From: Squalus acanthias
Lineage: Eukaryota
NCBI GenBank assembly: GCA_030390025.1
Contig: CM059432.1
Span: 15,440,001-15,504,000 of the forward strand
DNA: 64,000 bases
Direction of reading: 5' to 3'
The notes below the pieces were generated by a model that saw only the letters and a program-made list of their open reading frames with translations, searched no databases and was not told the origin of the DNA. The stretch's first letter is position 1. Every line of letters starts with the position of its first letter. The position numbers were made by a program, and so were the translations under genes. Positions 11,875 through 24,248 of the stretch are shown piece after piece.

Positions 11875-12905
11875 ATAGAAACATAGAAACATAGAAGATA
11901 GGAGCAGGAGTAGGCCATTCGGCCCCTCGAGCCTGCTCCGCCATTCGATGAGATCATGGCTGATCATCCAAACTCAGTACCCTGTACCTGCCTTCTCCCC
12001 ATATCCCTTGATACCTTTAGCTTTAAGAAATATATCTAACTCATTCTTGAATATATTTAATGACTTGACCTCAACTACCTTCTGTGGTAGAGAATTCCAC
12101 AGGTTCACCTCTCTCTGGGTGAAGAAATTCCTCCTCATTTCTGTCCTAAATGGCTTACCCCTTATCCTTAGACTGTGACCCCTGGTTCTGGACTCTCCGA
12201 CCATCGGGAACATTCTTCCTGCATCTAGTTTGTCCAGACCTGTCAGAATTTTATATGTTTCGATGAGATCCCCTCTCATTCTTCTATACTCCAGCGAGTA
12301 TAAGCCCAATCGACCCAATCTCTCCTCATATGTCATTCCTGCCATCCCAGGTATCAGCCTTGTAAATCTTCGCTGAACTCCTTCCATGGCAAGAACATCC
12401 TTCCTCAGATAAGGCGACCAAAACGGCACAGTACTCAAGGTGTGGTCTCACCAAGGCCCTGTACAACTGCAGCAGGACATTCCTGTTCCTATACTCAAAC
12501 CCTTTCGCTATGAAGGCCAGCATACCATTTGCCTTCTTCACCGCCTGCTGCACCTGCATGCTTACCTTCAGCGACTGGTGCACAAGGACACCCAGGTCTC
12601 GTTGCACTTCCCCTTCTCCCAATCTATTGCCATTCAGATAATAGTCTGCCTTTCTGTTTTTGACACCAAAGTGGATAACCTCGCATTTATCCACGTTATA
12701 TTGCATCTGCCACGCTTCTGCCCACTCACCCAACCTGTCCAAATCATCCTGGAGTTTCTCAGTATCCTCCTCGGAGCACACACGCCCACCCAGCTTTGTG
12801 TCATCTGCAAACTTGGAGATATTACATTTAGTTCCCTTATCCAGATCATTAATGTATATTGTGAATAGCTGGGGTCCAAGGACCGAACCCTGCAGTACCC
12901 ACTGC
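11875..12905 (-). mobile_element. CR1 LINE, 5'-truncated, RT C-terminal half (frameshift near 12432)
   Basis: QGSVLGPQLFTIYINDL..KFADDTKL..RDLGV..RPHLEYC (ORF 12326-13093), continued in ORF 11974-12438; (TTCTATGT)n tail. Confidence 0.95.
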
Positions 12906-13944
12906 CTGTGGCCTGGAAGCAAGATTACCAGCAAAGGAAGGTAAAGAAAAGTCAGAAGACAATTCACCCTGGACATTGGAAGAGGCCTGGGAGCTGATTG
13001 GGAATAGATTGCCGAGCCTGGGCAGATCCCAACAAGAGAAAAGAAAGAACATTTCTCAAACGAAATACAAAAATAACTCATTGAAAATGTCATCAGTCAA
13101 TCAAACTTCTCAGCAGAAGGAACCATCCTGACCTTGTTCTTAAAATATAAGGAGAGCTGAATCAAAGTGACGTTCTTCTTTCAGACATCTTCATACTCGA
13201 TTGTATAGAGTGGGTTTATCTGAAAAGCAGAGCTCTTAATTTTAGCATTTTCCCATTCAAGTTATGGCTGGCACATAGGAAGTGACAATCAGAGGGATGT
13301 GCCTTTACTCTGAGGATCAGCATACATTGATCTGGTAAAATTCACCCTCGTGCATCAAAAAAATGTTCACAAATAAATACAAGACGCCTCATTGCCCCCC
13401 CCCCCCCCCATATTCCTTCATAGAATGTTGTTGGAAACTCTTGTTATTGAAATGATTTTGCTACAAGTACCTGTCCTTGAGAAAGGCTCAATGAGCTGAA
13501 CCTCTGAGACAAACATTAATTTTAATGGGTCTCCTCCCCACGTTCATGGCTGGAGAGATTCCCTTTTGTTCTGTTGGGTATTTGATCATCTCAGTCTATG
13601 CACCTACATAAAAGTTTCAGTGCTGTTCCCAAGCAGGTATTTTGTTGTGAGCCTTGACAGCGTTTTATGTGTATTAGGGGATGCAGATTTGCTGTTTATA
13701 AAGCTGGCTTGGTCTGCTCGGAGCTTTTATTGTCCATAAAAGCCTACTGGGGATGGGAAGAAATTGGTATCACTTGTCATAATATTTAATTGCTACAAAT
13801 TTCAGATTTTTAAAACCTGCTATGTGGAGTCAAAGAAAAGAAAATGGTCCTTTACAGTGTCATCGTGGAGGACGTTTTAAGGAGGTGAGTCGGGTAATAA
13901 ATGACATAGATAAACAATGAAATGGTAAGGACAAAGAGGAAGAG

Positions 13945-14052
13945 GAAACGTTAACTCTGTTTCTCTCGCCACAGAAGCTGCCTGACCTGCTGAGTGTTTC
14001 CAGCATTTTCTGTTTTTATTTCAGATTTCCAGCGTCCGCAGTATTTTGCTTT
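13945..14052 (+). mobile_element. Penelope-type terminal repeat fragment (hammerhead 5' half missing)
   Basis: Begins at GAAACGTTAACTCTG and runs to GCAGTATTTTGCTTTT. Confidence 0.7.
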
Positions 14053-14379
14053 TGTGCAAGAGGAACTCATTTGCACAGGGAGTTCTGAGCCTGGGAAAAT
14101 TTACGACTAGAGTCAGTGATTGAAGCTGAGACACTGGCAAAATGTAAGAGAATAGGTTAGATTGGTGGTTGAAGAAAAGTGGGATCGAGGGATATGGGTC
14201 AAGGAGGCCACATTGGTTTAGGACAACTGCTGTGTAAAGGATAAACATCAACATGGACTAGTTGGGCCCATTCCCATGTTCTAATTTCAATGTAATTCTA
14301 TCTAATGCCTGGGCAATTTTATTCAGAATAAGGAATCATCTCTTTGGAAGGAAGAGCGGAAATGCTATCTATTTTGAGA

Positions 14380-14808
14380 ATAGAAACATAGAAACATAGA
14401 ATCTAGGAGCAGGAGTAGGCCATTCGGCCCGTCGAGCCTGCTCCGCCATTCAATACGATCATGGCTGATCATCCAAATCCAGTACCCTGTCCCTGCTTTA
14501 ATCCCCACAGTACACATATCCCACCCTACCCCCGTAACCCCACGTATTTAATTCCCCCTAACATATCCCATCCTATCCCCATAACCCCACATTTTTAATC
14601 CCCCCTAACACTAAGGGTCAATTTATCATAGCCAAATCAACCTAACCCACACATTTTTGGACTGTGGGAGGAAACCGGAGCACCCGGAGGAAACCCACGC
14701 AGACACGGGGAGAATGTGCAAACTCCACACAGACAGTCACCCGAGGTCAGATTCGAACCCGGGTCTCTGGCGCTGTGAGGCACCAGTGCTAACCACTATG
14801 CCACCGTG
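14380..14808 (-). mobile_element. HE1-type V-SINE with CR1-derived tail
   Basis: Minus strand: tRNA head GGTGGCATAGTGGTTAGCAC..GGGTTCGAATC, V-domain TGTGTGGAGTTTGCACATTCTCCCCGTGTCTGCGTGGGTTTCCTCCGGGTGCTCCGGTTTCCTCCCACAGTCC, tail nearly identical to the CR1 3' end at 11875-11990. Confidence 0.9.
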
Positions 14809-14934
14809 TTGACTACTGATGGTACCTTTGTTGGTTTGTAACTGGTTAAGTGTGTATTGGTTAAATTTTGTACCCAATTATTCTCAGACCACTGAGGCTA
14901 TACCAGTTCTCAGAAGATAACCCAGTTTGGAACT

Positions 14935-15445
14935 TTTTCTGCTTCCAAAACTCTGCTACCCTAATTCGCACCAAGTCCCGTTCACCCATCACCCCTGTGC
15001 TCGCTGACCTACATTGGCTCCTGGTTAAGCAGCGCCTCGATTTTAAAATTCCCATCCTTGTTTTCAAATCCCTCCATGGCCTCGCCCCTCCCTATCTCTG
15101 TAATCTCCTCCAGACCCACAATCCCGCCACCCCCCCCCGCCCCCCACCCCGAGATCTCTGCGCTCCTCTAATTCTGCCCTCTTGAGCATCCCTGATTATA
15201 ATCACTGAACCTTTGGTGGCCATGCCTTCAGCTGCCTAGGCCCTAAGCTCTGGAATTCCCTCCCTAAACCTCTCCGTCTCGCTACTTCTCTTTCCTCCTT
15301 TAAGATGCTCCTAAAAACCTACCTCATTGTCTGCACTAATATCTCCTTGTGTGACTCGGTGTCAAATTTTGTCTTATAAGGCTCCTGTGAAGCGCCCTGG
15401 GACGTTAAATGTGTAATATAAATGCACGTTGCTGTTGTTGTTTTG
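14935..15445 (+). mobile_element. L2 LINE 3' fragment
   Basis: QNSA..RTKSRSPITPVLADLHWL..FKSLHGLAPPYL; 3'UTR. Confidence 0.85.
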
Positions 15446-15458
15446 GTAATAGTTTTGG

Positions 15459-16265
15459 AAAGTGGTCCATACCTCGGGACCCTACTGTCAACAAGGGCAG
15501 ACGTCGATGACGAAGTCCAACACTGCCTTCAGTGTGCCAGTGCAGCTTTCGGTCGCCTCAGGAAGAGAGTGTTTGAAGACCAGGACCTCAAACCCGGCAC
15601 CAAGCTCATGGTCTACAGAGCAGCAGTGATACCCGCCCTGCTGTATGCCTCAGAGACATGGACCATGTACAGCAGGCACCTCAAAGCACTGGAGAGGTAC
15701 CACCAACGCTGCCTCCGCAAGATCCTGCAAATCCATTGGCAGGATAGGTGCACCAACGTCAGTGTTCTCGCTCAGGCCAACATCCCCAGCATCGAAGCTT
15801 TGACCACGTTCGATCAGCTCCGATGGACGGGTTACATCGTCCGCATGCCCGATACGAGACTCCCAAAACAAGCGCTCTACTCGGAGCTCCGACACAGCAA
15901 GAGAGCCCCAGGTGGGCAGAGGAAACGCTTCAAGGACACCCTCAAAGCCTCCTTGAAAAAGTGCAACATCCCCACTGACACCGAGGAATCCCTGGCCCAA
16001 GACCGCACAAAGTGGAGGAGAAGCATCCGGGATGGCGCCGAACACCTCGAGTCTCTTCGCCAGGAGCAAGCGGAAGCCAAGCGCAAACAGCGGAAGGAGC
16101 GCACGTCAACCCAAGCACCCACCCACCTGCCCCTTCAACCACCGTCTGCCCCACCTGTGACAGAGACTGTAGGTCCCGCATTGGACTCATCAGTCACCTG
16201 AGAACTCATTTTTAATGTGGAAGCAAGTCATCCTCGGTTCCGAGGGACTGCCTAAGAAGAAGAAG
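15459..16265 (+). mobile_element. RTE-clade LINE, 5'-truncated, with TSD
   Basis: ORF 15422-16201 (YLGTLLS..TKLMVYRAAVIPALLYASETW..QLRW.G.IVRMPDTRLPK..KRFKDTLK), C-terminal CxxC..H..H in a shifted frame, (AAG)n tail, 11-bp TSD AATAGTTTTGG (15448-15458 / 16266-16276). Confidence 0.92.
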
Positions 16266-16414
16266 AATAGTTTTGGTGAATTAACAAAATAATCTACTAA
16301 TACAATAAAAAACATTTTGTGCACCACATCACAATTCCAGCAACACTTCTTTGTCATTCTTAGAGGCATTTATTTTCCTCATATGCAGATTTCTTTATTT
16401 TCATAAAACAGCAT

Positions 16415-18266
16415 GGGGGTTAAATTGGCTATCGCACATGCCCGTTCATTGCGATGCGAGCAGCACGTTAAATTCGTACTGCCTGCTGTTTTAAATGATG
16501 TCTGCGTGCAGCCAGCGCTGCCGGTTCTGTTCATTGGTTGCACACATCAGCAGGAGGGCAGCGCTGCTTAAAGGCAGCCTGCACCTCTTAAACGAGAGGT
16601 GCCTTGTGGCTACAAGACGTGGTGGGAATCATTTGAAAAGTGAATCAGGGCTGTGATACCTTGAGGGCCGGCTGAACATGCGAGAGAGCGTGCACCAAGG
16701 TTTTCAGACACTGCACTGGAGGTCTTGGTGGAAGAGGTGGAAAGAAGGCGAGACGTCCTGTATCCAAAGCGGGGGTTGCAGGGGCCCTCCGGACGTATGC
16801 TCAGGAGGCAGTGGGAAGAGGTCAATGCCAGGAGTGTTGCTCCAAGAACATGGATGCAGTGCGGAAAGAAGTTTAACGATCTTACACGAGTTGTCAAGGT
16901 GAGTGAGTTCATCTTCAATTGGCATATCCTACCAACTGCATCACTAGCCTCATCCACTGCTCAATTCACCACACCCCCATCACCCAGCTACCAACAATCT
17001 CTATCAATCAGGACTCAACCCTTCAATTCGTATGCTTTACCTCATCCTCACACACTTAGCACTGTTGCAAGCCTGGCACCCACAACTCACTGCTCGCACA
17101 CACTGGCAGCTATTCAACCATGATAGCCACACCACCCAAACATATTGCAGGTCACTCACTGACACACTTCCCTCTTTCTTGCAGGAGAAGGTGTAGCATA
17201 GCAGGAGGAAAGAACTGGAGGAGGACAAGCGCGCCTGCATGTTTTAACCCCCATGGAGGAGACGGTGTTGGCCATCATGGGAAGGGGCATCGCTGAGGCC
17301 GAGGCCACTGACGGGGCTGAAGTGATTGATGATGAGGATATCCGCATACCTAATCCTCCTTCTCTCATCCCACTTCTCCCTCATCCCACAATCTCTTCTG
17401 ACTCACAAGCTGCAGATCACGTAAGCACGCACTTCTTTCTCCTCTCCCCTCACCACAACCCAACCCTTCTCCCTTTGTAAACTTCAGATACCCAAGAACT
17501 GGAGTCTTCCCAGTCAGAGGAGGAAGAGGAAAAAAGAGAGTGAAGACGAAGCGACGCCGTCACTTGATCTTACACAAGTAGCCAGAAGCTCAGAGACTGA
17601 CACTGCACGTATTTTAGAGGCTAGGATAGAGGAGGGATCTGCACGCGGTGAGACACCGGACACAAGTGCGCAGGAGCCAGGGCGAGGGGAAAGGATAGCG
17701 CCGATGTCAGCTCATCAGAGGGCGAGGTCGCACACCACTCGTTCTGCTGCAGAGGAGTCAGATGAGGACTTCAATGGGCCGGGCTACAGAAGAAGGCTGA
17801 TGGGTGCACATAACCAAATGCTGGGTGCACTGGAAAGCCTGACAGAAAGCCTGCGCTCAACGTCAAGGAGCATGGAGGAGTCCAGCACCAACTTGGCACA
17901 GAGCTTTGCACAGTGCTTAGAGCCCATGAACTAACCTGTAAGCTGTTCATGATCCCTTTAAAAAATGCTGGTGGGAGGTCCTTCATTCAGCTTAACGTCG
18001 TGTTCAGCTGTGCGAGGTTAAGACAGGGCGTTGGAAAATGGCAGCGCTGGCGTCAAATCAGCGTTGCACACGGATTCGCGTCATTATCCCGCTGCTCTGC
18101 ATGCTGCCGGCGGTCGTTAGGTGCGCGCGCAAACCCCTTAACCAAGATACCGCCCCGCGCACTCCCGTTGGAAGTGTACTCGCGCATCTCAGACCCCCCA
18201 TTTACGAACGTTAGGTGGCCGCATAGCGCCTAAAACACGGGCGCCTCATAGCCCAATTTAGCCCCC
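16415..18266 (+). mobile_element. Non-autonomous PIF/Harbinger transposon (1.85 kb) carrying a decayed Myb/SANT gene
   Basis: TIRs GGGGGTTAAATTGG / CCAATTTAGCCCCC, 3-bp TSD CAT; Myb/SANT-like ORF inside; no DDE transposase seen. Confidence 0.85.
16668..17930 (+). pseudogene. Harbinger Myb/SANT-like DNA-binding protein gene (MSANTD/NAIF1-like), spliced, decayed
   Basis: RAPRFSDTALEVLVEEVERRRDVLY..RQWEEV..RTWMQCGKKFNDL; donor AAG|GTGAGT at 16899; acceptor TTGCAG ~17184 followed by in-frame TAG; GGGQARLHVLTPMEE segment; acidic third exon after ~17488; no start ATG. Confidence 0.8.
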
Positions 18267-19079
18267 CATATGGTGTCCAGCATGTCTGTTGTATGTTGTA
18301 CTCACGGTGTTCCACTGTGGATGTCATGCCTGTATATATGCAATTGTCTGCGTTACACTGACCCTTTGGCTCAAATTTCATATTTTACAGAACGGCAACA
18401 CATCACCTGAACAGATGGCAATGTAACAATCAGCAAGTAACAAGGAGGAATGAAAATCACCCACCATGAAGCTCACAAAAACCACAAATCAAAAATGGGC
18501 AGTCAGCAACAATTAGAATTAAAAAAGGTGAACCAATCACATCGTGGGTTGCCCACTAAGCTGAGGGCTTATTAAGGCTTGTAACGATACCATTTTCTGT
18601 GTTTGAAATGCTTGCAAAAGTATTTTCCTCTAATGGCCTTGTGCCTCTCTCAGAAGCCTCTGACCAGAGTTCCTAATCGCTCTCAGTCAAAGAGACTCAT
18701 GAGGGTGGAGACTATAGACCTAGAAATTCAAATCCCCCCCTCCTCTCCCCCGCAAAAATACATGTGCGCAGGGGGCACAGGGAACTATCCCCATGCCTGT
18801 ATGGGGTAGGCCCAAGGCAGACATGATATTTGGACTCGTGCCTTGTTATCATCAAGCTAGTGAGCTGCGTCCCCAGGCAACTCACCGGTGAAGAGGACTC
18901 GAAAATCGGGCAACTGCAACGCCAGCAGCGGCCCTCAGATAAGTCGTTAAAGGGGGGGGGGCGGTGCGATCGAGTTGGGCAGGAGGGTGATTGGGTTGGG
19001 AGGGAGAGCGATTGGGAGGGAGGGTAGCGGTGGCCGGGAGTGGATGTAGCGGTGGCTGAGGGCGGGCGGGGGAATGGTG

Positions 19080-20640
19080 GTCGGGAGGGGGGTCAGCAGT
19101 GATCGGGAGGGGGGTCAGCAGTGATCGGGAGGGGGGTCAGCAGTGATCGGTAGGGGGGTCAGTGGTAATCGGTAGGGGGGTCAGCAGTGATCGGGAGGGG
19201 GGTCAGTGGTAATCGGAGGGGGGTCAGCAGTGATCGGGAGGGGGGTCAGCAGTGATCGGGAGGGGTGTCAGTGGTAATCGGGAGGGGGGTCAGCAGTGAT
19301 CGGGAGGGGGGTCAGCAGTGATCGGGAGGGGGGTCAGCAGTGATCGGGAGGGGGGTCAGCAGTGATCGGGAGGGGGGTCAGTGGTAATCGGGAGGGGGGT
19401 CAGCAGTGATCGGGAGGGGGGTCAGCAGTGATCGGGAGGGGGGTCAGTGGTAATCGGGAGGGGGGTCAGCAGTGATCGGGAGGGGGGTCAGCAGTGATCG
19501 GGAGGGGGGTCAGTGGTAATCGGGAGGGGGGTCAGCAGTGATCAGTAGGGGGGTCAGCGGTAATCGGGAGGCGGTTCTGGTGATCGGGAGGGGGGTCAGC
19601 GGTAATCGGTGGGGGGGGGGGGTCTGGTGATCGGGAGGGGTGGGCAGCAGTGATCGGGAGGGGGGTCAGCAGTGATCGGGAGGGGTGGGCAGCAGTGATC
19701 GGGAGGGGTGGGCAGCAGTGATCGGGAGGGGGTGTCAGCAGTGATCGGGAGGGGGGGTCAGCAGTGATCGGGAGGGGGGGTCAGCAGTGATCGGGAGGGT
19801 GGGCAGCAGTGATCGGGAGGGGGGTCAGTGGTAATCGGTGGGGGGGGGTCAGCAGTGATCGGGAGGGGGGTCAGCAGTGATCGGGAGGGGGGTCAGCAGT
19901 GATCGGGAGGGGGGTCAGCGGTGATCGGGAGGGGGGTCAGTGGTAATCGGTGGGGGGGTCAGCAGTGATCGGGAGGGGGGTCAGCAGTGATCGGGAGGGG
20001 GGTCAGCAGTGATCGGGAGGGGGGTCTGGTGATCGGGAGTGGTGGGCAGCAGTGATCGGGAGGGGGGGGTCAGCAGTGATCGGGAGGGGGGTCTGGTGAT
20101 CCGGAGGGGTGGGCAGCAGTGATCGGGAGGGGTGGGCAGCAGTGATCCGGAGGGGTGGGGAGCAGTGATCGGGAGGGGTGGGCAGCAGTGATCGGGAGGG
20201 GGGGTCAGCAGTGATCGGGAGGGGTGGGCCGCAGTGATCGGGAGGGGGGGTCAGCAGTGATCGGGAGGTGGGGGGGGGGTCAGCAGTGATTGGGAGGGGT
20301 GGTCAGCAGTGATCGGGAGGGCTGGGCAGCAGTGATCGGGAGGGCTGGGCAGCAGTGATCGGGAGGGCTGGGCAGCAGTGATCGGGAGGGGGGTTCAGCA
20401 GTGATCGGGAGGTGGGGGGGGGGGTCAGCAGTGATTGGGAGGGGTGGGCAGCAGTGATCGGGAGGGCTGGGCAGCAGTGATCGGGAGGGCTGGGCAGCAG
20501 TGATCGGGAGGGCTGGGCAGCAGTGATCGGGAGGGGTGGGCAGCAGTGATCGGGAGGGGGGTCAGCAGTGATTGGGAGGGGTGGTCAGCAGTGATTGGGA
20601 GGGGGGTCTGGTGATCAGGAGGGGTGGGCAGCGGTCAGCG
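19080..20640. repeat. 22-bp G-rich minisatellite (CAGCAGTGATCGGGAGGGGGGT)n, ~70 units
   Basis: Directly visible tandem array with sequence variants. Confidence 0.97.
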
Positions 20641-21097
20641 GCGATCGGGGACGGCAGAGGCCGGGATTGGGAGGGTAGCGGTGCCGATCGGGGAGGGGGT
20701 ACTGAGGAGGTCTTGACTGTGAGGGGGGAGCGATGGCACGTGGTTTTAATGTGGAGTTGCGGGGAAATAATCTTGCTCCACATTCAGGTAAGTATATTCT
20801 GAACACTTACCTTGTTGGCTGCAATCTGCAGCGGTCCCTTTAAGGACCACCTGTTAGGCCGTATGTAGACCTGGTTTTCCTGAGTACAGCCAGCTCAACG
20901 CCTGCTCCATTCAGGGCAACCGAATATCGCAGTGGGGGCTTCAAATAGACATTAGGCCCTGATTTAAATATGCAACAGGCCAGTTTTATTGACCGGCCTA
21001 CTGGTGAATGACTACACAGAGTAGGTTAAATTCCCAGCCCTCTCCCTAGCTGGAGACGCAGGGCAGGGCAGGAGGCAGCTAGAATTTGAACACAACT

Positions 21098-21372
21098 CGG
21101 GTCGTCAACTCTGATTGGATGCATTCCTGTAGGTTTCATCACGTGACCTCCGACCTCCAATCGCCCTCCCCAGTCAAACAGTCTTTTCTCCCCCATCTCC
21201 AATACTTTTATAACTGGTAAATAAAAGTGTTCAAAGAAAAGTTTTTTTTTTTAAAAACCACAATTTTTTTGACGCCCCTGTGATTTTTCTCCTGGGTTGC
21301 TGGCTGCAGTGTCCAGGAGATTAATGCTCACAGTACTCCAGGAGACTCCGGGGCAATCCTGGAGGGTTTGGC
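21098..21372 (+). mobile_element. hAT-like MITE (GGGTTGCCAAC-type termini)
   Basis: Shared family sequence (TCATCACGTGACC..., CCAGGAGACTCC.GGGCAATCCTGGAGGGTT) with 33030, 34679 and 58503 copies. Confidence 0.6.
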
Positions 21373-21499
21373 CCAGATCTGAAATCTAAAAAACACAGCA
21401 GATTTTTGCAGTTAGAAGGGGTCTGAAACATAGGGAATGTCAAAAACAAGTAAGTCAGCACGTGAAAGGACAAGGCCACGCAGTTTGTTATTATTCCCC

Positions 21500-21706
21500 A
21501 CATTCTGGAATTCGCTGCCGACGGAAGTGGTGGAAGCGGAGACGCTCAATGTTTTCAAGGGGAGACTGGATAGGCACTTGAGGGAAATAAACTTGCAGGG
21601 CTACGGGGATAGAGCGGGGGAATGGGACTGACTGGATTGCTCTGCAGAGAGCCGGCATGGACTCGATGGGCCGAATGGCCTCCTTCTGTGCCGTTATGGC
21701 TCTATG
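21500..21706 (+). mobile_element. CR1 3' end
   Basis: WNSLPTEVVEAETL..FKGRLDRHL; GGCCGAATGGCCTCCTTCTGTG tail. Confidence 0.85.
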
Positions 21707-22144
21707 ACATTCGTTTGCTGACTGTGAAATAAAGCAGCTTAACCATTGGTATCTGGCCTCGCCTTGCCAAGTGTTCTGCCGTCTGCCTTTGAAACAATCG
21801 GGGAAGCACATGAGGGCACGCACAATAGACACGTGCCGGGAACGCCCTGTGGGCGGGGGGGGGGGGGGGTTCTCCCAATCGGTCACCGGAAGGTTGACGG
21901 AAACCCTGGACAGACGCGTAAAGGGGGTTTCTGCCAAACCTCCGCCGACGTTACGACATCTGATCGGGCGAATCGCCGAGAATTTACCAGCGGCGATACT
22001 AACTTGAGATCAAAAAAGAGTCCTATCATTACAGCCCTGGCTTAGACTATCGCATGGTTAGACGTGGGTGATATTAACATACCCTCAGACCACTTAAAGT
22101 GTGACCAGCATCGGTGTACCTGAGAGAATAGCTTAGGCAGACCC

Positions 22145-22875
22145 TAGGAACATAGGAACATAGGAACAGGAGTAGGCCATTCAGCCCCTCGAGCCTGTTC
22201 CGCCATTCATTGAGATCATGGTTGATCTGCGACCTAACTCCATATACCCGCCTTTGGCCCATATCCCTTAATACCTTTGGTTAACTGAAAGCTATCAATC
22301 TCCGATTTAAAATTAACAATTGATCTAGCATCAATTGCCGTTTGCAGATTTCCAAACTTCTACCACCCTTTGTGTGTCGAAGTGTTTCCTAATTTCACTC
22401 CTGAAAGGTCTGGCTCTAATTTTTAGACTATGCCCCTAGTCCTGAGAATCCCCAACCAGCGGAAATAGTTTCTCTCGATCTACCCTATCTGTTCCCCTTA
22501 ATATCCTGAAAACTTCGATCAGATCACCCCTTAACCTTCTAAATTATAGGGAATACAACCCGAATTTGTATAATCTCGTCTCGTAACTTAACCCTTGAAG
22601 TCCGGGTATCATTCTGGTAAATCTACGCTGCACTCCCTCGAGGCCAATATATCCTTCCGAAGGTGTGGTGCCCAGAACTGCTCACAGTACTCCAGGTGTG
22701 GTCTAACCAGGGTTTTGTATCGCTGCAGCATAACCTCTACCCCCTTGTATTCTAGCCCTTTAGATATAAGGGCCAGCATTCCATTAGCCTTTTTGATTAT
22801 TTTCTGTACCTGTTCATGACATTTTAATAATCTATGTACCCGGACCCCCCAAGTCTCTTTGGACCTCTGCTGTTT
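22145..22875 (-). mobile_element. CR1 3' fragment
   Basis: Reverse CR1 tail (GAACATAG)n and LVRPHLEYC-region sequence. Confidence 0.85.
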
Positions 22876-24108
22876 TTAGCTAACTTTTAACATCCAAGAA
22901 GAATCAGTGCCCACAGGAGAGATGGGGAGAAAAATCACAAAAAGATAACTAAAAAATGGATGGCAACATTTTTAATATGTTCAAAATCAATACCCACCAA
23001 ATTTATCACTTTCCTTTGCATGTCAGTATAACTCCCATGTGAAAGAAGTTGTTAGGATTTGAGTGTAATCCCTGTAGGATATGATTCCGTGTATGTTGTA
23101 AAGTCCCCCTAAAGGTTTTATTATTTAATAATCTGGAAATATCCCAAGCATTGCAGCCCAGTGGTTCCCTTTGTGGGCTACACTGTCAGATACTTGTCAC
23201 ATCCTTACAGCTCTGAATTATTTATTCCCCAATATTTATGTAAGTCCCTCAGCAGCAATATAGGCTGCAAGGATTTTAGCTGTTTGATGTTATATCTCCT
23301 CAAGTGACTAAAGACAGTGCAAGCCAGCCAATAGTTTAACAGTGCTGCCCCAGTTCTATTAGTGGCGAAGACCTGCCCATTTGAACTGCTAAGTAAATCC
23401 TCTAAGAGCCGAGAGACAATTCAGGCATGAAAGCAACTGTTCAGAACTTGACAACATCCAAACTGTTCCCATTTAATCCAGCTCCCAAGGTGGAGAATAA
23501 TTATAAGTAAACATGTGCCTTCATTATTTGCTTTGCTGATCTCTAATACCCAATCTCACACACACACAAAAAATTGCCAGCCAAGGATTAAATGCAATCA
23601 CTGCTGGATTTTACGCGTTTTGAAATAGAAAAATGTATTCGCTATGGAGATTGCTGCGTATATTGCCTTTCATTTCCATTTCCTTACACACACAATTTTG
23701 CTCAACTGAAATTTTCTGTGGCATATAAGCGTAGTATATAATGGCTTAAAAAAGTAACTGCCATTCTAAGCTTTGAGAGACTCCAGAGATTTTCTTAATA
23801 TATTACCATCTGAGCACAGCTAAACAGAAACACCTGGAAGTGCAAGAGCTGCAGGCATTCTTGTGATAAATAGGATTACAAACCTATTCTCAAAAACATG
23901 GGGAGGGAGATTTACTCAAAGATACAGTATCCAATATCAAATCATCACTTAAAGCGACAGTGCCCTTTTCCAATACCTGTATATATACCAATTTCAGATT
24001 CATTTTCTACATTTATTGTTAATTAATAAATAATCTAGTTGATTTAAAAATGAGGATATCAATAAGTCAACTCTTGTAATAGAATTTAAACACCTTTTAA
24101 CAGATAAT

Positions 24109-24248
24109 GGAGTAATTTTGACTTTGGGAGATAGTGTAAAATTGGGCGATATCAGATCAGTCAACCATTGTATGCTTCCCCTGATTTTCATTTCCACTGA
24201 TCCGATATCGTCCGTTTTACACTGTTGTCCAAAATCAAAACGACTCCC
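24109..24248. mobile_element. ~140-bp MITE, AAT TSD
   Basis: TIR-like GGAGTAATTTTGACTTTGG / CCAAAATCAAAACGACTCC; AAT on both flanks; sibling of 3627-3780. Confidence 0.75.

Noticed and set aside
19080..20640. Regular short repeats superficially like a CRISPR array
   Set aside because: No unique spacers, no cas genes, vertebrate context; it is a minisatellite
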